DNA of 10,685 nucleotides, taken from contig JAQGDQ010002182.1 in the NCBI GenBank assembly GCA_030141605.1, positions 1-10,685 on the forward strand, written 5' to 3'. Below the pieces are notes generated by a model that saw nothing but the letters and a program-made list of their open reading frames with translations, did no database searches and was not told the origin of the DNA. Source of the DNA: Tubiluchus corallicola (Eukaryota > Animalia > Priapulida). A program made the position numbers and the translations under genes. Of the stretch, positions 1 through 7,200 are shown one piece after another; positions within the stretch are counted from its first letter, which is position 1; every line of letters begins with the position of its first letter.

Positions 1-185
1 TACGATCTTTTCGGATGAAATTGATTTAAGTCAGCAGCTGTCAGCCTTGTAGTTTATTTTCTTTCTGCAGTGCTTCTTTGAAAGATAATTTTAATTAGTC
101 GTATTGCATTAACAGCATTAATTGGTAGATAAAATAATTCCATAATAAGGATAGGAAACTGCCTTTTTACAGCAAATCTAGTTAC

Positions 186-695
186 CTTGAAATCCAACTA
201 CAGTCAACAAGATTTAGTGTTTTTATTTTGCAACTGTGTGATTTTGCATAGTGACAAAAACGAATTAATTTACCTAAAACAGAAATCGACATTTTCTAAT
301 AGTTAACCTACCCGTCACTAGTTCCGATGTATATGTGGTTACCACTCGACTCCAAGCATTCCAACTGAAAATAACAAAATGTAATACATAACAAACATTC
401 TTACATATAAATAAACACACCTTTTATGAAGATGAAATTATGCAGCTTTCCCACCTGACTACAAACGTCTAAATTCTTTATGAATGTATTTTTTATTTCA
501 TCATATTGTAAAGCTAAAGTGAATAGCCTATGAAAACTGATTTGTTCCCCAGGCTTGTACATACATAGAATATTACAAAATACTGTATGCATAGAATTGA
601 TAATTAAGCATCATAGAAAATTTACAGTTATACTCTAGATAAGGTAGCAGATTTTTAAACAAAGTACTGCTAAAGTTCTGAATTTTGACTAATTT
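186..695 (-). CDS. Candidate internal exons of a spliced host gene, possibly an LRR (F-box/LRR-like) protein
   Basis: Hand-predicted exons 626-695, 455-513, 343-364 and 186-273 have AG/GT boundaries, introns of 112, 90 and 69 nt, and compatible phases. They give KLVKIQNFSSTLFKNLLPYLEYNSLQYDEIKNTFIKNLDVCSQLECLESSGKLIRFCHYAKSHSCKIKTLNLVDCSWIS. There is no homology or transcript support, so over-fitting is possible. Confidence 0.35.
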
Positions 696-787
696 CTATG
701 ACAGAATCTTTTGGTTGCATTAATTGTGTACCCTAAGTGAAATATAATAACAATTTGATCATGTTTAGTTACAGATTTAATACCAAA

Positions 788-850
788 TACAGTAGTCGCC
801 ACTTAATAGACTCATTTTGGGACCGACGTATTTTGACCCAATTGATTGAA
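788..850 (+). mobile_element. Possible solitary end (TIR) of a pogo/Tc1-mariner-type DNA transposon
   Basis: TA|CAGTAGTCGCCACTTAATAGACTCATTTTGGGACC resembles TA-flanked CAGT... termini of pogo-like elements. No matching partner TIR was found in the window. Confidence 0.25.
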
Positions 851-1910
851 CCTATTAAATATATTATTATATTATAGTAGTATGGTGCTAATCCGTTGAA
901 TTGTAAAAAGACACGACGTTGTTAATAAGAAATTTCCAACTGATGTAATTAAAACAGAATTTAAAGAAATTAAGACTGCGGGCCTTACAATAGCTGTGTT
1001 TAAACTTTAAATTTCTAAGTTTCGTACGCTTGAGAATCGAACATCGTAAGACGTAGCCTATAAGCCTATAATTGTACTGCCGCCTGAACAACCATGGATG
1101 TTTAATAAATTCGAAGCCGCCGCAGCCTGCCTCAGAGGTTTACCGCTTTGGTAGTACAGCTGAGCAGAATCGGTACCAGATGTAATATCAAGCACTTAAT
1201 GATTTTAATGAAAAGCAGTAAAATAGAGGGCAGTGTTTCGAGATAGTTATGATTTTGCTAAAAGTTTTATAGTTCACAATAATAATAAAAATTTCATTTA
1301 ATATTTTAGTATACAAGTTTATATTGCACAATGTTTTTCATACCACGTAAAGTATATCGCTTAATATTGTAAATCTTCTCACATAACTAATTGTTAACTT
1401 ATCTAATTTGTACTACAAACTAAAAAAAATTATATAGGGCTAATTACAATATGGGCTTAACGTTTAAACCATACAATAAGTTCGTCTATGTACATCTTTA
1501 GTGCTGCCCATTACTATCAAATTACAATAGAAGATACAATGAGAAATAAGTTTAACATACACACAGTGGGTTTGATGGAAATCACTTATAAACGCGGTTA
1601 ATATAATCTCTTATATTAATCCATTGTGCTCTACTCTGGTTACAACTTTAATTCAGCAAAAAGCTACAGGCTTTGCGTTAGTTAAACAAACAGTAGGCAT
1701 GATGTTACGGGCTTTGCGTTATAAATGAGGACTAGGTAGGATGTTCGCGTATTATTGATTACACGTGTATTTATACGCAAAATCTTTTGCGGGGCGTTTG
1801 CTATTTATTATATTATAGCACATAGTTTCAACTTTGTGAAAAATGTTTGGAATGGTTTTGTTGTAATGCTGTGCTGTTGGTGCTTGTGCTATAGGTGTCG
1901 TCATCGTTGC

Positions 1911-1943
1911 CACCATCATCATCATCAACATCATGATCACCAC
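1911..1943. repeat. Imperfect (CAT/CAC)n trinucleotide microsatellite
   Basis: CACCATCATCATCATCAACATCATGATCACCAC. Confidence 0.75.
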
Positions 1944-1960
1944 GTGAGGTGGTGGATTTG

Positions 1961-2470
1961 ATGTGGTGTGGTGGTGGTGTGCTTTGTGTGTTGTGCTATG
2001 CATGGTGTGGTGGGGTGATAGGGTGTGTGGGGTGTGGTGTGGGTAGTGTGGTATGGAGTGGGTGGCGTGGTGTGTGGGTGGGTGTTGTAGTGCAGTGTGG
2101 TGTTATGGTGTGGTGCAGTGCGGTGTGATGTGGTGGAGTATTATGGTGTGGGTGGTGTGGTGTGGTGTGTGGGTGGTGCGGTGTGCTGCAGTGGTATGGT
2201 GTGGTGCGGTGTGGTGTGATGTGGTGGAATGGTATGGTGTGGGTGGTGTGGTGTGTAGGTGGGTGGGTGGTGTGTTGCAGTGTGGTGTTATGGTGTGGTG
2301 CTGTGTGGTGTGATGTGGTGGAGTATTATGGTGTGGGTGGTGTGGTGTGGTGTGGGTGGTGCAGTGGTATGGTGTGGTGCAGTGTGGTATGGTGTGGTGC
2401 AGTGTGGTGTGATGTGGTGGAGTGGTATGGTGTGGTGCGGTGTGGTGGTATTGTGTGGTGCAGTGTGGTG
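1961..2470 (+). repeat. TG-rich complex minisatellite, left arm (GGTGT-based, ~90-100 bp higher-order unit)
   Basis: The marker GATGTGGTGGA recurs at 2127, 2218, 2312 and 2411, with alternating ...TATTATGG and ...TGGTATGG variants. Confidence 0.9.
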
Positions 2471-3230
2471 CACAAAACCCACACCACACCACTCCACTTC
2501 ATCACACCACACTGCACCACACCATACCACTCCACCACATCACACCGCACAGCACCACACCATAACACCACACTGCACCACACCACCCACCCACCTACAC
2601 ACCACACCACCCACACCATACCACTCCACCACATCACACCACACTGCACCACACCATACCACTGCACCACCCACACACCACACCACACCACCCACACCAT
2701 AATACTCCACCACATCACACTGCACAGCACCACACCATAACACCACACTGCACCACACCGCGCAGCACCACACCATAACACCACACCACCCACCACCCAC
2801 ACACCTACACACCACACCACACCGCTGCAGCACACCACACCACCCACACACCACACCACCCACACCATACGACTCCACCACATCACACCACACTGCACCA
2901 CACCATACCACTGCACCACCCACACACACCACACCACACCACCCACACCATAATACTCCACCACATCACACTGCACAGCACCACACCATAACACCACACT
3001 GCACCACACCACCCACCCACTACACACCACCCACACCATACCACTCCACCACATCACACCACACCGCACCACAACATACCACTGCAGCACACCGCACGAC
3101 CCACATACCACACCACACCAACCACACCATACGACTCCACCACATCACACCACACTGCACCACACCATACCACTGCACCACACCACCCACCCACCTACAC
3201 ACCACACCACACCACACCACCACCACATAC
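2471..3230 (-). repeat. Same minisatellite in inverted orientation, right arm (CA-rich on +)
   Basis: The reverse-complement marker CTCCACCACATC recurs near 2530, 2624, 2705, 2873, 2956, 3044 and 3135. Confidence 0.9.
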
Positions 3231-3447
3231 TGGTGGGCCTGGTGGGGCTATAGAAGTGTGAGTCATCAGCTTATTATGCACTGCAAAGGCTTTTAATCAA
3301 TTTTAGAAACGAAGTAATGCCTATATTCCTTTGTGTAGTTAAAAATTAGAAAAAAAACATTTTAAAATATTAATTTATATAAATGAATTAACAATAAATT
3401 AAAAAGTGTACTGTTTCAAATCACACAAGTCTGTTTATTTGCAAAAA

Positions 3448-3866
3448 TTACAAAAATTCCTTCAAAGTTAGCTGCTTCATTTTCTCGTGAAGAAGTTGGC
3501 CCACAAAGTTCTCGTAATTGTAAAAACGTTGAAAATCTATTGTTGTGCGTGACTAAAACAGTTCTGTTCACTTACATTCCTCTTATTTGCTGTACGATGT
3601 TTACACTTGTAAGTCACAAGGAATACTGGCTGATTATACTGTACATCTTTGACTGTTAATTCATTAAGCCTGAAAGTGTGATTTGCAACTAGACCATGAA
3701 AAGGAAACCGCTAGGCAAGTTTAGCTTCCAGAAATTGTTTGGGCAATGAGGTTAATTGCAGAGGAGCGAGCGGGTAACAGATTCAAAGCAAAACTGCTAC
3801 GCTAGCATATTAGCGCATGATAAACGTACCTGTTTACCAACAAAACGGTACTTAACATGATTGTTT
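3448..3866 (-). CDS. Candidate 3'-terminal exons of a spliced gene (or decayed transposase end) finishing in a PIP-box-like motif
   Basis: Exon 3830-3866 (donor CAG|GTACGT) joins in frame to an exon starting at 3669 (acceptor TTTCAG). A terminal frame ...FQRFYNYENFVGQLLHEKMKQLTLKEFL* stops at 3448-3450, with a minus-strand AATAAA at 3434-3439. The last splice junction is ambiguous. Confidence 0.3.
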
Positions 3867-3914
3867 CTACATGTATAATGCACAAAAGAGAAGTAAAGAT
3901 GGCATAAAAGTAGG

Positions 3915-4249
3915 TGGACAAAAGAAAATCATTTTTAATTATTCTAAATCTAAATTTATGTTGTATATTTATCCTAATGTCATCATACTTTTTTAGTTTT
4001 GGATAGTGCTGCCACCTTCAGGTGCTCTTGTTAAAATTGTTGAACTTTCTCTTTCCTGTTTAAATTTTCATTGGCTTCTACAGTCTTTATGAATGCATAA
4101 TTTCTAAACCTGTTTTCACACCTAAATGATTTCACTTGTAGTGACTTGGTTTTCTGCTTTTCAACATGACACTACTTCACTGTTTATGTAGGCATTTCAG
4201 AATAAAATCTTAAAAATAAATCTCAAGTTTTTTTGGTTTCTTCAAACCA
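3915..4249 (+). repeat. 5' LTR (335 bp, TGG...CCA)
   Basis: TGGACAAAAGAAAATC... is repeated at 9684, directly after the PPT. The end ...TTCAAACCA is repeated at 10685 and is followed by the PBS. AATAAA at 4201-4206 and 4215-4220. Confidence 0.96.
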
Positions 4250-4255
4250 AAAGTT

Positions 4256-4266
4256 TGGTAGCAGAG
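4256..4266 (+). promoter_or_regulatory. Primer-binding site complementary to the 3' end of initiator tRNA-Met
   Basis: TGGTAGCAGAG lies 6 nt after the LTR end. It is the reverse complement of ...CUCUGCUACCA, the 3' end of animal tRNAi-Met (11-nt match, from recall of the tRNA sequence). Confidence 0.85.
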
Positions 4267-4282
4267 AGTAGTTTTTGTGACC

Positions 4283-7200
4283 ATGCCTACAACAGGACAA
4301 AAAGGTGCAGTTGATACTTCGTCAAAAGATGGTGAAGAAAGCAAAAACAGTGAAGCAAGTGGAGGACAGTCCAGTGAAAGGATTGGTGACCGAGTCAAAG
4401 CCTTGAAAAAGGAAAAAATGGCTGCAAAACAACAGTTTACAAAGCAGATCAACCGGTTTGGAGTCATTCTATGGGAACAGGAGGATTTACAGTTAATAAA
4501 ACAGCATTGGGAGCAGATGGATCTGATACAAGTAAGAACTACTGACATTATTAGAGAGTTGCATGAATATTACTGCACGCTGGATGATGTTGATATGATT
4601 GAGAAAATGGAACAAGAAATGGAAAAGCTGAACGAGATTTTTGAAAAAGCATCAAATGATTATCAACAGAAGTTGAAAATGATTAATGGTAATAAAAAAC
4701 AACCAGTGCAGTTACACTCGTCTGCTGTCAGTCAAGAGCCGGAGGAACCATCCATTGGTAGGGATTTGTGGAAGCAATTGAAAAGAGTTAGGATTCCAAT
4801 GTTTTCCGGAGATGTGAAAGAATATGAGAACTGGAAAGCTGCATTCAATGCCTGTGTAAATGATGCACCAGCAACAAAGGAATACAAATTGCTTCAGCTT
4901 AGGCAATATTTATCGGGTGTGGCACTGCAAGCAATTTCTGATCTGGGACATTCAGCTATGGCATACGATGCTGCGTTACAGCGATTAGAGCGAAAGTTTG
5001 GAGGGAAATCGAGACAGATAGCACTACAGTTCCAGGAATTGCGAAGTTTCAAACCAGTGCGAGCTAACAACCCAGATGATCTTGGTAAATTTGCTGATTT
5101 GCTCGACATTGCAATAATTAACATCAAGGAGTTTGGACTAGAAAATGAGTTAAATAGCCAAATGTTCTACAGCATGCTACTGGAGAAGTTAACAGAGCAA
5201 ATGGTGAAGGATTACAAATGTTGGATTTTAGAAAATAAGAAAGAAGATTCTGTCATGGTTCTCAAAGAGTGGATTGTGCGAGAAGCAGAATGCAGAACAC
5301 AGGCTTTTGAGATTGTCTACGGAGTTGGAAGCACAGCACAGAATGAGAAACCGAAATGGAAAAACAAAACATTTTTTGCAAAGCAGGGAAGCATTAATCA
5401 ATCAAAACAGCCACATGCAATGCGAAAGACACCTGGTAGAAGATGTGCATTCTGCACAGAAGATCACCCTATTTGGTTTTGCCAGAAGTTCAAGGATTTG
5501 GACATGGATGGGAGATGGAACGCTGTCACAAAACTCAAGCTGTGCTTCCAATGTCTGGGCGATGACCACCAAGCTAGCCGATGTTATAGAATGCGAAGTT
5601 GTGGAATAAATTCATGCACACAGAATCACAACAGGCTTCTTCATCAAAAATATTCTAAATCGAGTAGCATGCCAAAAGCTATTGTAGAACAAAGGATGCA
5701 AGAGGGGGAGACAACATCCACAGGTACTCAAGTACAGCTGACTACGATGACGGTAAAGGGTAAAAACTCATCAATGATCGCCATGAGGACAGTTCCTGTA
5801 ATCCTGAAAAATGGTACAAGACGTCTCCAGGTTAATGCACTTCTTGATGATGGCAGCACATCAACATTCGTGAATTCATCAGTAGCTGCTGAACTTGGTT
5901 TACAAGGGACAATCGAAGAAATTTCTGTCAGCGTTTTGAATGGAAATGTGACAACATTCGAGACTATGCCAGTTCACATGGGATTGGAAAATGTAGAAAG
6001 TACCCTGGACATGATGATAACTGCAAAGGCAGTAGACAGTGTTACTGGAAACCTGAAAGCGTACGACTGGAATCACCATGCTAACCAATGGTTTCACCTT
6101 AGAAACATTAATTTTCCAAAACTAAGCCGCCCTTTGAAAGTCGATATGCTGATTGGTTTAGACTACCCATTGTTACACAAATCACTAGGAGAAGTGGCTG
6201 GAAGATCCAATGAAGAGCCAATTGCACGATTGACACCACTTGGCTGGACATGTGTAGGGCAGACAAAAGAGAAAATAAGAGATGCTTACACCCATTTTGC
6301 GATGTGTGTCCTAAACAGAGAAGAAACTTTAAACAGAGAAATTAACGGAACACTTCGACGTTTCTGGGAGTATGAAAATTTTGGCCTCGAAGAAAAGGGT
6401 CAGCCAATCAGCATTGAAGATGCATTGGTCAAAAAGAAAACTTTGGAAACACTGAAATATGCTGATGGACGTTATGAAGTACAAATTCCGTGGAAAGATG
6501 AAGGTGTAAAACTACCAGACAACAAAGAGATGGCAATGAAGCGCTTGATCAACACAGAAAAGAAGTTAATAAAGAACCCGGAAATTGCAAAGCAGTACTG
6601 TGACACAATAGAGCAATATTTGGAGAAAGAGTATATACGAAAAGTGGCACCAGGTGAATTAACAACAGTTCCCAAATGGCATCTTCCACATTTTGCAGTG
6701 GTGCGTCATGATCGATCAACTACAAAATGCCGAATAGTCTTTGATGGCTCTGCCAAATGTGACGCAGTTTCCTTGAATGATACCGTGCATCAAGGACCAA
6801 AATTGCAGCAAGACCTGAATAGCGTTCTACTTCGATTTCGGAAGGAACCAATTGCCCTGGTCTGTGACATTGCTGAAATGTACCTTCGCATAGGAATAGC
6901 TGAAGAAGACAGACCTTTTCATCGTTTCCTCTGGAGAAATCTTGACACCACCAGGCAACCAGATGAATATGAGTTTTGTCGCATAGTTTTTGGAGAAAAT
7001 GCATCACCGTTTTTAGCTCAACTTGTCACACAGGAACATGCAAGAAAGAATCAAGAGAAATTTCCAATGGCTGCAGAGACTGTGCTGCATTCAACATACA
7101 TGGATGACAGCATGGATTCTGTTCCTACGGTTGAAAATGGAAAGACTTTGTACCATGAACTGTCAGAACTCTGGGCGCTAGCTGGCATGTATGCAAGAAA

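Noticed and set aside
312-364. Longer exon reading LECLESSGNHIYIGTSDG, resembling a CNH/WD40 beta-propeller start
   Set aside because: Its donor phase gives an immediate stop in the next candidate exon and needs a ~38-nt intron. It is not excluded if a different downstream acceptor is used.
888-1091. 67-aa minus-strand ORF
   Set aside because: Non-ATG start, short, and no recognisable motif.
1752-3226. Many overlapping ORFs rich in V/W/C/G or H/T/P
   Set aside because: They are by-products of stop-poor TG/CA and CAT repeats, open in several frames on both strands, with no protein-like complexity.
1961-3230. CRISPR-like array or true telomeric repeat
   Set aside because: There are no unique spacers between constant repeats, the context is eukaryotic, and the unit is not TTAGGG/TTAGG. 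The resemblance to yeast TG1-3 is only compositional.
3231-3247. 17-nt minus-strand micro-exon (TTCTATAG|CCCCACCAGGCCCACCA|GTATGT) bordering the minisatellite
   Set aside because: The splice-like boundaries are present, but it cannot be linked to neighbouring exons from sequence alone and may be chance.
5846-5854. Protease active site D-D-G instead of D-S/T-G, and 46-residue D-E spacing in the integrase, as novelties
   Set aside because: Variant protease triads and D-E spacing longer than 35 residues are, to my knowledge, ordinary within BEL/Pao.
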